In this document: piece by piece, positions 9,101 through 18,424 of the stretch
How positions within the stretch are numbered: position 1 is the first letter of the stretch
Layout of the letters: each line of letters starts with the position of its first letter
Origin: Spirochaetota bacterium
GTDB lineage: Bacteria; Spirochaetota; UBA4802; JAFGDQ01
Length of the DNA stretch: 64,000 nt
Direction of reading: 5' to 3'
NCBI GenBank assembly: GCA_043803405.1
Contig: JAZDKB010000043.1
Span: 38,829 to 102,828 of the forward strand
Program-made: the position numbers and the translations under genes
The notes under the pieces: generated by a model
Databases searched by the model: none
What the model was told of the DNA's origin: nothing
What the model saw: only the letters and a program-made list of their open reading frames with translations

Positions 9101-10421
9101 ATACCTGACGCGCATTGAGGCTTTCATGGATGTTATCCTGGAAAAGGACAGAAAGAATACTACAGAAAGAAAGTCTGCAAAGCATTTCAGCAAATCATGG
9201 AAGCAGAAAGAAAGAAAAATATGGTTCCCGCCCATGTTCGAGATCGCACCCAGATTTTTTGCAGCCGCATTCAGAGCATGGGGTTTTGACGCGGAAGCGC
9301 TTCCGACAGAGAACGAGGAAGCATACGAATTCGGCAGGCAAAATACGCGCGGAAGCGAGTGCCTGCCCGCATGCTCAACAATCGGAGTATTCCTGCAAAA
9401 GCTGAAAAAGCTCAACTCCGATCCTTCAAAACATGCTCTCTTTATGCCGACAGCCGAGGGCCCGTGCAGATTCGGACAGTATGCCATGCTGCACAGAAGC
9501 ATACTCGACAAAAACGGCTTTAAAGAAACTGAAATATTTTCGCCGACTTCAATGAATTCGTACATGGGCATGGGCGGTGATTTAAGGCGATATCTTCTGG
9601 ATATAATAATGTCCGGTGACATATTGACCAAGCTTGTGCATAAAACGCGGCCTTATGAAATAAATAAAAACGATACGGACAGGCTTTTGGAAGAAATCTT
9701 AATGCAGATGGAATCAGTTATCGAGAAGAAGGGCGATCTGTTAAAATCAACGGCAGATGCACTAAAAAGGCTTTCACTCATTCCCGTCTTCCCGGAGAAA
9801 AAGCCGCTTGTGGGAATTGTAGGTGAAATTTATGTCAGATCGAATCCGTTCTGTAACAACAATGTGATCCGCTTCATTGAAGAAAGCGGCGGTGAAGTAT
9901 GGCTTGCTCCGTTCTCGGAATGGGTTATTTATACTGCCTGGATGGAAAGATATTTTGCCCGCATTAATAAGAACGGTTTTTTCAGCAGATTAGGAATAAA
10001 CATTAAAACAAATTATATGATAAAAAGGATGCACGATTTTGAAAATTCCCTGAGACAATATATTCCGGACAGGATAGAGCCTCCAATGGAGGAAGTACTG
10101 GATAAAGGCAAAGAATATGTGCCTATTGAATTTGAAGGAGAAACAATACTTACAATAGGAAGAGTGATTAAATTTTTCGAAAGCGGAACCGATATTATTG
10201 TGAATTGCGCGCCTTTCGGATGCATGCCCGGAAATATTACTACATCGATATTTCATAATATCAGAAAAAAATACAATAAGCCTATAATTAACTTATTCTA
10301 TGACGGAGAAAGCGACGTAAACAGAATAATTAAAATTTATCTCAGCAATATTAAAAACGGGGATATAGCTGAACTGCCGCTGCTTGCAGGCAAACAGGTA
10401 TCATTGACAAATATAAACTAA
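6168..10421 (+). CDS. 2-hydroxyacyl-CoA dehydratase activase fusion (two BadF/BadG ATPase domains + DUF2229/dehydratase-like domains)
   Basis: GIDAGT/GIDIGSTSTK, two CAAGTGSF motifs, RCAVFAKSD/RCTVFMEQD, CFPVK, FSCGPD, GPCRFGQY, PFGCMPG. Likely start is the ATG at 6189. Confidence 0.92.
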   Translation: MILRYLGMQIGIDAGTKFLKIVYTDKNGIIPHVYCQHFGNPEKEVTSLLKDKEFSDIERIVFSGAHAGLLAQAHKNAETADEISAIIECVNYLNIKCRYIVNVGSGSIKLIELDDRGSFSSYLENSLCAAGTGSFLDEQMHRMNFSYKDIETMPFIKDVPDVATRCAVFAKSDLIHRQQEGYSREEMWSGLCKGVAATMLQSVFKGNTPSEETLFCGGLFLNPIVKIWVKDTVKNAVFNDNGHFFSAVGSVILNGKKKRNNNSIQVRIKDSNKKTELRPIELKYSNPVSFTAKKEYFFNDLEVRIHKEPGIKADISLGIDIGSTSTKLIAIEAKTQDVLIDIYGRTKGNPVEATRILFNELSDILGIWAGTDVRSRAYEKKPGDSRFNVVSAGTTGSGRKLIGKIIGADIITNEITAHYKGAAFFNPTIETIFEIGGQDSKYIRAKNGHVVDCNMNFVCAAGTGSFIEEQAQRLGFNVREIGDLVLGITPPHTSDRCTVFMEQDINKLLRNGYTREEVLAGIIRSICKNYLNRVVGSRPVTGDRIFFQGATARNKGLAAVFESILQKEIIVSPHCHVMGAFGAAILSLDRVQRRETFFRGLDIFEQKIELEYTRCDKCANLCKITTAKYDRGLSSSWGFMCGKESLEEKKPEYSTDHFRKASGLTIKPGRRPAEEPETKKIGIPFTLSMHNYLPLWRTFLDELGFEAVISGQSTHELKEKGIRLSKSDFCFPVKLSLAHFHDLADRRDIDAIFYPAILSEKKQDNSMPRMFCPYVIAYPSLAKESLAVSKKIISPSIDFRQNSDQIINTLYNSFKSYNLDKPRILNAYNKGIENYNEYLKKKHEYGNVILTDITQVNKIRDRKKTGIVCIGRPYNLYDKVINLGLTESLRKMNIVVFPYEFLIDPEGDNPAVDYMYWNYGEKILSVAERIRWIDNIYPVYFTNFSCGPDSFVLSRFEEIMAGKPYLIIELDEHGSETGYLTRIEAFMDVILEKDRKNTTERKSAKHFSKSWKQKERKIWFPPMFEIAPRFFAAAFRAWGFDAEALPTENEEAYEFGRQNTRGSECLPACSTIGVFLQKLKKLNSDPSKHALFMPTAEGPCRFGQYAMLHRSILDKNGFKETEIFSPTSMNSYMGMGGDLRRYLLDIIMSGDILTKLVHKTRPYEINKNDTDRLLEEILMQMESVIEKKGDLLKSTADALKRLSLIPVFPEKKPLVGIVGEIYVRSNPFCNNNVIRFIEESGGEVWLAPFSEWVIYTAWMERYFARINKNGFFSRLGINIKTNYMIKRMHDFENSLRQYIPDRIEPPMEEVLDKGKEYVPIEFEGETILTIGRVIKFFESGTDIIVNCAPFGCMPGNITTSIFHNIRKKYNKPIINLFYDGESDVNRIIKIYLSNIKNGDIAELPLLAGKQVSLTNIN

Positions 10422-10456
10422 TATTCTAAAAAATTTTTTACCGGAAGGCGATAAAT

Positions 10457-11650
10457 ATGAGCCAATATGTAGATTTAAAAAAAATAGAACGAAAACTGGA
10501 AACAGTTGAGCCTCTGGATAAAGCCTTATCGATCCTTAAGGAAAAGACACATGGTCTTATTCTTTATATAAAAAATGACATTGAAAAAAATGTAATTCAA
10601 ATAACCAATATACTTGAAGATAACAGCATTATTATTATTACGGATCCTAATTACCAGCCGGAAGGCAACATTATAACCATTTACGGTTTGCTTGATAAAT
10701 ACATCGAAATTCATCTTGATATAAATGAAACACAGGGCCCGGGCGTATTCAAATGCAAAGTTAAACAATTTAAAAGAGCTGTGGAAGTAAGAAAGGAGTT
10801 AAGGCTCAGGGTTAAGCCGGAACAGGTAATTGCTTCAGGCTTTATGGTATCGAAACACGCTATTGACATTACAACCTATAAAATACCTACAACAATTAAA
10901 GTTCTGCTGGATCAGTTCCATTCCAGCAATCTTCATATGAGCGATGTTGTTAAAGTCGATGTTTTTGATAAGAGCGATTCTATTCTTGAAAATATCAGGA
11001 AACAGCAAAAAATATTTTTTGTCGAAGATATTAATAATCCCGAAACATTTCAATCAACTTCCGAAGACATAATTAATATTCATGAATTGCTGGGAGAGAA
11101 TTTGCCCGGCTACATAAGGAAGAATATTGAAAAAGGATATAAATCGGTTATTATTGCGCCAATTGTTTACATAATGGATTCGGGAGCCCCTGTTTCATTC
11201 GCATATTTACAGTTGATTTCCAAGTCCAGACTATTTACATTGAATGATATCGAAGAAATAAAAAAAATGCTGGGAAAGCTTGTGAACAGGATCAAGGACG
11301 CCAATACTGTTTTAATACAGACAAATCAGGAGATCGTAAATTTAAGCAAATCCGGGGCAAAATTATATATTACAGACGAAGAGTTAAAGAAACATCTTCA
11401 AAGCACAAAGGGATTTATTTTTAACATAGTCTTTAAATTACAGGCGCCGGTCACCATCTATTGTGAGATAAAAAATCTGTACCGTGACGATCATGGGAAC
11501 CTGTTTGCCGGGATCGCGTTTGCCGGCCATTCTTCCAGAAAAAATGAAATGAAAAGATATTATTCTTTCCTTGAACCTATGATTAAAAATTACAAGCAGC
11601 AGCTCCTTGAAGCAAGAAAAAAAACAATCAAACAGCCAGTCAGTAAATGA
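10457..11650 (+). CDS. DUF1577-like protein (PilZ/GAF-like domains; spirochaete family)
   Basis: RKELRLRV PilZ-like motif, 'KGYKSVIIAPIVY..AYLQL', C-terminal 'VNLSKSGAKL'. Confidence 0.6.
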   Translation: MSQYVDLKKIERKLETVEPLDKALSILKEKTHGLILYIKNDIEKNVIQITNILEDNSIIIITDPNYQPEGNIITIYGLLDKYIEIHLDINETQGPGVFKCKVKQFKRAVEVRKELRLRVKPEQVIASGFMVSKHAIDITTYKIPTTIKVLLDQFHSSNLHMSDVVKVDVFDKSDSILENIRKQQKIFFVEDINNPETFQSTSEDIINIHELLGENLPGYIRKNIEKGYKSVIIAPIVYIMDSGAPVSFAYLQLISKSRLFTLNDIEEIKKMLGKLVNRIKDANTVLIQTNQEIVNLSKSGAKLYITDEELKKHLQSTKGFIFNIVFKLQAPVTIYCEIKNLYRDDHGNLFAGIAFAGHSSRKNEMKRYYSFLEPMIKNYKQQLLEARKKTIKQPVSK

Positions 11651-12450
11651 TAAACACTAATACAGCATTAATAGCAGGCGACGGATCATTGCCATTAATA
11701 CTTGCACAAAGATTAAATGACTCCGGCATATTATCGCTTGTAATTGTATTACAGGGCAATACGGAAAGATTCGGATTTATTCAGAAAAATATATTTGAAT
11801 CCGCTCCCGGAAAAATAAAAAATATTATAAATATTTTAAAAAAACATGAAATAAAAAACCTGATAATGATCGGTAAAATAGATAAAAACGCCTTTCTGGA
11901 GCGGAAAGGTTTTGATCTGAAGGCTTTGAAATTATTGAAGAGCATAAAAAACGGAAACGATATGTCCATTTTTTATGCTGTTGAAAGAGAATTGAAAAAT
12001 ATAGGAGTAGAAATTCTTCCTCAGGACTTATATCTTAAAGATCTGCTGGTTAAAAAAGGAGCAATCACCGGCAAAAAACCTTCAAAAAAAGATATGCTGG
12101 ACGCGCAATTCGGGCTAAAATATGCGAAACAAATTGCTTCAATGGATATTGGACAGGCAGTTGTCGTAAAAAACCAGGTAATTACAGCAGTAGAGGCGGT
12201 GGAGGGATCGGACGAAACAATCAGGCGCGGGGCCGGTCTTGCCAAAACAGGCTCAGTTGTCTGCAAAGCTGCCAGGGCAAAACAGGATAAAAGATTCGAC
12301 ATACCCGCAGTCGGGCTTGATACAATAAAACTTATGTTCGAATGCAAGTGCTCATTGCTGGCTCTGGAAGCAGACAGTATTTTCATTGTGAACCCCAAAG
12401 AAGTCATTGATTATGCAAACTCCAAAAAGATTTCGATCATTGGAATTTAA
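11647..12450 (+). CDS. lpxI: UDP-2,3-diacylglucosamine pyrophosphatase LpxI
   Basis: ALIAGDGSLP, DIGQAVVV, AVEAVEGSD, QDKRFDIPAVG. Confidence 0.92.
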   Translation: MINTNTALIAGDGSLPLILAQRLNDSGILSLVIVLQGNTERFGFIQKNIFESAPGKIKNIINILKKHEIKNLIMIGKIDKNAFLERKGFDLKALKLLKSIKNGNDMSIFYAVERELKNIGVEILPQDLYLKDLLVKKGAITGKKPSKKDMLDAQFGLKYAKQIASMDIGQAVVVKNQVITAVEAVEGSDETIRRGAGLAKTGSVVCKAARAKQDKRFDIPAVGLDTIKLMFECKCSLLALEADSIFIVNPKEVIDYANSKKISIIGI

Positions 12451-12471
12451 AAAACGTTTTACATTTTGTTG

Positions 12472-12498
12472 TAAAGTCATTTTTTATTTTACCGACAT
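12472..12498 (+). promoter_or_regulatory. Possible sigma-28-type promoter
   Basis: TAAA-N15-ACCGACAT versus consensus TAAA-N15-GCCGATAA, upstream of the 12569 start. Confidence 0.4.
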
Positions 12499-12568
12499 CT
12501 ATTAGTAGTATCGATAAACAAATTCCCGGAACAGACATGCATCATATTAATAATTTTTGGAGATAAAT

Positions 12569-13090
12569 ATGAAAAAAATAATTTTTCTTTCAGTATTTTT
12601 AATGGGTTTCTTTTTCATTTCTAATTCAACAGGGCTGCCTCAAAACGGCAGTTTGCTGATCAATAAAATCAGGCTATTGCCGGAGGACATACCGCAGGGA
12701 TTTATGTATGGGGTGATCCCGACTCCCTATAAAACAACATTAAAGGATAATCCGTGGGAATTCGATAAAGCCGCAATAGAAAAGCTTGCGGATAAAATAT
12801 ATCCCGGCGGCGATTACAGACAAATATCGGCGATTCATGTAACAATTATTGCCAGAAAAGACAAACCCTATTATGATGATATAGTATGTTATATTATTCA
12901 GTTTAAAACCAGTAAGGCAGCAAGAGACGAGATAAAAAAGATGTCCGACTATGCATCCTATAATCATGACAGAGCGATTCTGCATGTTAAAGATAATTTA
13001 GCGGTATTTCTATTTGCCGATGATGTTAGCAATTTTTTACTTTTAAAAGAACTGGATAAAAAGATAGCAGATAGAATAGAAAAGAGCTAA
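12569..13090 (+). CDS. Hypothetical exported protein
   Basis: GGAG RBS then MKKIIFLSVFLMGFFF signal peptide; the ORF track starts at 12557. Confidence 0.7.
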   Translation: MKKIIFLSVFLMGFFFISNSTGLPQNGSLLINKIRLLPEDIPQGFMYGVIPTPYKTTLKDNPWEFDKAAIEKLADKIYPGGDYRQISAIHVTIIARKDKPYYDDIVCYIIQFKTSKAARDEIKKMSDYASYNHDRAILHVKDNLAVFLFADDVSNFLLLKELDKKIADRIEKS

Positions 13091-13095
13091 TTCAA

Positions 13096-14037
13096 ATGTA
13101 CAATATTTTAGTTGTTGATGTTTCCTCGGACAAAGACTCGGTTGCAGAATTGTTCAGAAAAATAGGCTACAATGTTGAGATATCTGAATCAGCATTCGAC
13201 GCAATGTCAAAGCTTAAAGCTTACGATTTCGACCTGGTGGTATCCGAAGTGGAGCTGCCGGGCAATAATGCATTTGAACTGTATAATTACATCAGCACGT
13301 ATTATCCCTACATTCCGACGATGATGATAACTGAAAAACAAATCGATAATTTTTTTGAGCGTATTTTCCAGGAAGGCATCGGCAATGTATTATGCAAACC
13401 CCTTTTGAAAGATGAAGTAGTCAACCTTGCGGAAAAATTAATCACCAAAAAAAACGTATTCGGCCTTAAAAATTATATGAAAGACATTGAGGCAATAAGC
13501 AAAATACGTATAACATCTTCGGATAAAATTCAGGAATATATCAATAAAGCCCTTGCCCGAATTGAAAAATGGGGCTTTAAAATCGAAAATAAAGTAGTAT
13601 TAAAACTTGTTCTTAATGAAGTAATCATTAACGCAGTATACCATTCACATGGGTATAAAAAAGAGAAAGAAGCACGAAAACAAATTAATCTTAAAAAAGA
13701 TGAATATGTGGATCTTTTCCTGGCAAAAAACAGCAGCGGATACGGAATTTCCATTAATGATTATCGCGGCAAACTTTCAAAAAAAATGATTCTTGAAAAT
13801 CTGAATAGAGCGATAAAACAAAGCCAATTAATATTAAAAGCTTATGAAACAGGTGAGGAAATATCGGACGAAATAACTGAAACAGGAAGAGGCCTTGATT
13901 TATTACGAAAGATTGCAAAGGATTATTATTTTATAATTAAGAGAGACGAACGTACGGAAGTAATTCTTCTTTTTACTAATATGGAAAACAAAGAACGTGT
14001 CATAGGCACATCTCTTAAAATAATAGAGAATATATAA
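13096..14037 (+). CDS. Receiver(-like) domain + HATPase (anti-sigma kinase-like) protein
   Basis: NILVVD..FDLVVSEVELPG..KP receiver fold; LNEVIINAVYHS, IxINDY, GRGLDLL ATP-lid motifs. Confidence 0.8.
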   Translation: MYNILVVDVSSDKDSVAELFRKIGYNVEISESAFDAMSKLKAYDFDLVVSEVELPGNNAFELYNYISTYYPYIPTMMITEKQIDNFFERIFQEGIGNVLCKPLLKDEVVNLAEKLITKKNVFGLKNYMKDIEAISKIRITSSDKIQEYINKALARIEKWGFKIENKVVLKLVLNEVIINAVYHSHGYKKEKEARKQINLKKDEYVDLFLAKNSSGYGISINDYRGKLSKKMILENLNRAIKQSQLILKAYETGEEISDEITETGRGLDLLRKIAKDYYFIIKRDERTEVILLFTNMENKERVIGTSLKIIENI

Positions 14038-14306
14038 AACAATTTTAAATATCTATTCGCTTATACTCCTTCTTGTCCGATTTAAAAAACCTGCCATAAT
14101 ATTAATACGTCCATATAACCTGAAAAAATATTCATAAATATTCGATTGACACGTTTATCTTTTCAATTTATTTTTGACGTATATATTCATGTTTTTATAC
14201 CGAGAATTTAATGAACTTTAAAAGATCGCTTTAGCCTCCTTACTTGTTTGGAAAATAACCAGAATTCTAATTATTTTTAAAAAAAATAATTAGTGGAAAC
14301 GACGTT

Positions 14307-15320
14307 ATGAATGATTTGAAAAATCAAGATGGTACTCCTGAAGAAAATATTTTATATTTTTTAAAGGGCAGATTCAAGTCCAACTCGCTGAATTTTTACG
14401 GACTTTTTCTTCTTATATTCAATACGCGTAAGGAACTTACAATAAGTCATGTTCTTGTTTCTTCTTTTTCTAGCGTTTACGACATGGAGCCGCACTTCGG
14501 TTGGGAAAAGTACGAAGAATTTATTGTAAATTCAAAATGGAAGGGAAATTATAATCCGAGCATGACTGCCTCAATTGAATCCTTTTTCAAACAAATAACA
14601 TTAGAGCAAATCGGACAAAAAGAAATGCTCTATAAATATATTCAGAATTATGATTACGATAATGTCGACACATTCATGTTCGACATCATAAAAAGAATAA
14701 TCCATGACAAAAATTTAATTATTGAAACAGGAATTCAGGAAGCATCGGACATGGAATTCCGCAAAACAAAGGAATCCAGATCTCAAAAAAAAGAAAAAGA
14801 ACCTAACGTTGAAAAAATATCATCTGAGGAAGGGGTAACGTTATCTATTCAACTTATTTTGGCTCCTGTAACAGGGAAGCCTTTATTTGATCTTAAAATA
14901 GGCGATGTAATTATATGTAAAATAATTCCCAATACTGACAGAGCCAATTATTTTATCGATCTCCTTGATCTGAGAGTGGAAAATTTTGTAAAACCGGTTC
15001 CATGCAAGGTCATTGATATTAAATCAGAAGGCAAAGGTTATCCGCTGGAAATATTAACTGAAATAGGTCCAGGGATTTACGGCAAATGCATTGAAGATGA
15101 GCGCCAGGTAAAACTTAGAATGTACGATCCTGCGGTTGATGAACGTATCAGTAAAAAAAATATAGCGGAAATAAGAAGGGATTCTTCTAATGAATCATCC
15201 GCATCACCTAAAATATCAATAAGGAAAAATATTAATTATACAAAAGTTTTTTATTTCGCAATCGGAGTGCTGATAATTATAGCCTTTCTGATTATTACTT
15301 ATTATTTATTCATATTCTAG
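14307..15320 (+). CDS. Hypothetical protein with C-terminal membrane anchor
   Basis: 337-aa ORF with a hydrophobic C-terminus. Confidence 0.7.
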   Translation: MNDLKNQDGTPEENILYFLKGRFKSNSLNFYGLFLLIFNTRKELTISHVLVSSFSSVYDMEPHFGWEKYEEFIVNSKWKGNYNPSMTASIESFFKQITLEQIGQKEMLYKYIQNYDYDNVDTFMFDIIKRIIHDKNLIIETGIQEASDMEFRKTKESRSQKKEKEPNVEKISSEEGVTLSIQLILAPVTGKPLFDLKIGDVIICKIIPNTDRANYFIDLLDLRVENFVKPVPCKVIDIKSEGKGYPLEILTEIGPGIYGKCIEDERQVKLRMYDPAVDERISKKNIAEIRRDSSNESSASPKISIRKNINYTKVFYFAIGVLIIIAFLIITYYLFIF

Positions 15321-15401
15321 GAAACTCATATTATCGTTTTAGATGATACGGATTTATTCAAATATTATTTTATTTAATTGATACCGGCAAAATAATTTAA
15401 G

Positions 15402-15584
15402 TTACAGTGCTCTATGCGGATGAGTTCTGAGTTTTTGCAGCTGGCCTTTTAATATAGAGATATCGAGCATGTAATTGCTGTATGTAGCATGCATCCCTTT
15501 TTTCTTGGCATTCTTTGCCTTTATCTCCATCTTCCTGATTTCGTCTTCAACTCTGCTCAGTTTTGTTTTATCCTTCACTTTCAT
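15402..15584 (-). CDS. Small basic hypothetical protein (60 aa)
   Basis: GGAGG RBS before ATG at 15584 (MKVKDKTKLSRVEDE...). Confidence 0.6.
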   Translation of the reverse strand: MKVKDKTKLSRVEDEIRKMEIKAKNAKKKGMHATYSNYMLDISILKGQLQKLRTHPHRAL

Positions 15585-15754
15585 GTTTATTCCTCCTATG
15601 CATAATAAATGATAAAAATTTTTATTTAATTTATTAAAATTAGTTCTAATTTTATCCAAATCATTAGAAGATATAAATAAAAATGAAGATCGTCAAATAA
15701 AACTCACAATTTTTTATGGTTTTATTTATTATTTTTTGCGCATATACGACATAA

Positions 15755-15952
15755 TCAGTCTTTAAAGGGGTCTTTTTTGTTTTGTTCCTCTCTTTTATTT
15801 TGTTTTTCTATCACATCTTTCAAAATATATTGATAATTGCTGGATTTATCAATGTTCAGCTGTTCCAGCGGAACTTTATTTTTATTATTTTCTTTTTTAC
15901 ATCCCGGAGAAAAAAATATTAATGCAATCAATAAGTATCTGAGTGTTTTCAT
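15755..15952 (-). CDS. Small putative lipoprotein
   Basis: MKTLRYLLIALIFFSPG-C lipobox-like signal. Confidence 0.6.
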   Translation of the reverse strand: MKTLRYLLIALIFFSPGCKKENNKNKVPLEQLNIDKSSNYQYILKDVIEKQNKREEQNKKDPFKD

Positions 15953-16133
15953 AATTTACCTTTTTAAATTTAAGAAGAGAATGGATTGTTCCTGTAATTA
16001 TACTATAAATAATATTTTTATATGCAATAAAAAAACTATTTGTAAAAATAAAATTATTTCTTCTGCAAACCGGTTGACAGCAAATATTATATATATTATG
16101 ATCCATGATTAAACGGGAAGGGAGGGATTTATT

Positions 16134-16829
16134 ATGAAAATTAATATGAATCTTGACAGGCTTGGCAGCGAAGCAGCGCCGGTTAAGCCTGCGCGTACTG
16201 ATCAAAAAGCAAATAATGATATAAATTTAGCAGGGGAAAATCTATCGCAGGCACCGGATAATCTTTTAAAAAAAAGAATCGATATTGACGCAATTATAGT
16301 TACGCAAATAGCACAGGGTTTTTTTCAAAAGGCAGTCGTTATAAGCTCAAAGCTTAAAAGTCTGGCCGCGGATGCGCTTGCAACAGGAAAAATAAAAACA
16401 GCTGAGTTAAACGATACGTTAAAAGATATTTCTTCTTTGAATAAAATTCAGGAAGGAGTGTCGTCTCCACAATCATTTTCTTTTCGCAATAATCTGAATA
16501 TCAGCCAAGCGGGCGTTACATTTGACTTTGTAAAGACAAAGGAGGATTTAAACGCTTTAAAGGAATTTGCTGAAGATATTTCCTCAAAAACAATAAATTT
16601 AAAAAAGATTGACAGAATAAACGACAGCCTTATCAATAAAGCAGATACGGTGGATAATTTATCCGGTCAGCTTATTAACAAATTCACCGAATCCGGCAAC
16701 AGAATTTCTTCAGTTAATAATTATTCTGAGCATGTTCAGGATACGGTTGGCCTGATTTTAAATTATCCGCAAACCGCACTAAAATCACAGGGGAACATAA
16801 GTCACAATATTGCGAAAAATTTTCTATAA
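16134..16829 (+). CDS. Divergent flagellin-like protein
   Basis: Strong RBS; 'SSKLKSLAADALATG' and C-terminal 'ALKSQGNISHNIAKNFL' resemble the flagellin D0/D1 termini. Confidence 0.5.
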   Translation: MKINMNLDRLGSEAAPVKPARTDQKANNDINLAGENLSQAPDNLLKKRIDIDAIIVTQIAQGFFQKAVVISSKLKSLAADALATGKIKTAELNDTLKDISSLNKIQEGVSSPQSFSFRNNLNISQAGVTFDFVKTKEDLNALKEFAEDISSKTINLKKIDRINDSLINKADTVDNLSGQLINKFTESGNRISSVNNYSEHVQDTVGLILNYPQTALKSQGNISHNIAKNFL

Positions 16830-16944
16830 AAACCGGTTGCCAATCCTGTTTCGGCATAAAACAGAGTTGATTCTTAATTATAAGTCCGATTGATTTTTTC
16901 ATATAAGCTATTCGATTTAAACTAATAATTAACAGGAACCGCTT

Positions 16945-17352
16945 ATGGAAGTATTTGACGGCTTTATTGCTGCAATCGCATCCGAGTTTAAAATAAAATT
17001 CATTAAGGATTCGGATGGGGCATATACCGCTGATATTGAATTTCAGAACGGGAGAACGCAGAAAATATTAATAACACTGTCCAAGGACGAAGCCGGCGAC
17101 AGGCTGATTCATTATTATTCGGTTATAGGTAAAACAAAACACGACTCACTGGAGCTTTATAAATTATCCCTGGAACTTAATTCAACCCTTGATTATGGGG
17201 CAATTACATTGCTGGATGGAACTTTACTGCTTAGGAACTCGATTCTGCTGAACCATTGCGAACCGCAGAGATTTATGAAATCCCTGATCTATATAGCTGC
17301 CAAAGCGGATGAACTGGAAGAGATATTTATGGGACATTATGATGAAAATTAA
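16945..17352 (+). CDS. YbjN/CesT-like (T3SS chaperone fold) protein
   Basis: GRTQKI..YYSVIG..LELNSTLDYGAI..IAAKADELEE pattern. Confidence 0.6.
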   Translation: MEVFDGFIAAIASEFKIKFIKDSDGAYTADIEFQNGRTQKILITLSKDEAGDRLIHYYSVIGKTKHDSLELYKLSLELNSTLDYGAITLLDGTLLLRNSILLNHCEPQRFMKSLIYIAAKADELEEIFMGHYDEN

Positions 17353-17436
17353 ATGTCGAAATACAGTTAATGAGTTTAGCTAATTGACATCTGGTTATGA
17401 AGAATTAAAGAATATTAACAAAAAACGGAGATTTAA

Positions 17437-17898
17437 ATGAAAGTAATAGAAGGGAACCTTGATGCTTCGGGTTTAAAATTCGGTATTGTTATTTCAAGAT
17501 TCAACGAATTTATAACAAATAAGTTATTGAGCGGAGCGATCGATTGTTTAAAGAGAAATAAAGCTGATGAAAAAGATATTACTGTTGCGTGGGTGCCGGG
17601 AGCATTCGAGATACCGCCGGTTGTGCAAAGATTGTCGGATTCCAAAAAATTCGACGCGATCATTTGCCTGGGAGCCGTAATACGGGGATCAACGCCTCAC
17701 TTTAACTACATAGCTGCAGAAGTAACAAAAGGTATAGCGCACATAAGCCTTACATCGAACATTCCGATAGTATACGGAGTTTTAACGACAGATACGATTG
17801 AACAGGCGATTGAAAGAGCAGGGACAAAGTCCGGCAACAAGGGATTTGATGCAGCGCTTTCCGCAATTGAAATGTGCAATATTTTTACTCAGATCTGA
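17437..17898 (+). CDS. ribH: 6,7-dimethyl-8-ribityllumazine synthase
   Basis: [38 protein letters not shown]. Confidence 0.98.
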   Translation: MKVIEGNLDASGLKFGIVISRFNEFITNKLLSGAIDCLKRNKADEKDITVAWVPGAFEIPPVVQRLSDSKKFDAIICLGAVIRGSTPHFNYIAAEVTKGIAHISLTSNIPIVYGVLTTDTIEQAIERAGTKSGNKGFDAALSAIEMCNIFTQI

Positions 17899-17977
17899 TA
17901 ACGCAGCCTCTGGTAAAAATATTCCGGTATACTTTGGGAAAATCTGAATTAGAATCTAATTTATATAATCAATAATA

Positions 17978-18424
17978 ATGGGACAAAGACATAAAGCAAG
18001 GGAATACGCCCTGCAGGCATTATATATGTTCGAAACCGTACAAAGTCCCACAGAAGAACTTTGCTCGCTCGAATGGCTGGATAAACAGCTGCCTGAGGAA
18101 GTAAAAAAATTTACGATTTCTATAATAAACGGTTCAATAGAGAAGATCGAATTTATCGATAATATAATTAAGAAGTATTCCAAAAACTGGAAATTCGAAA
18201 GATTGAGCGCTATCGATAAATCTATTTTAAGATTATCGATTTATACGCTTCTTTTCCTTCCCGATATACCGACAGCGGTTGTTATAAACGAGGGAGTTGA
18301 GCTTGGAAAAACATTCGGCGGCGAAAGCTCGGGTCAATTTATTAACGGAGTTCTGGACGCAATAAAGAATAAAGAGCTTAACAAGGAGAATAATCTGAAA
18401 GGTGTTCCGCAAAAGAAAAAATAG
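17978..18424 (+). CDS. nusB: Transcription antitermination factor NusB
   Basis: RHKAREYALQALY, WKFERLSAIDKSILR, FINGVLD; follows ribH. Confidence 0.97.
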   Translation: MGQRHKAREYALQALYMFETVQSPTEELCSLEWLDKQLPEEVKKFTISIINGSIEKIEFIDNIIKKYSKNWKFERLSAIDKSILRLSIYTLLFLPDIPTAVVINEGVELGKTFGGESSGQFINGVLDAIKNKELNKENNLKGVPQKKK

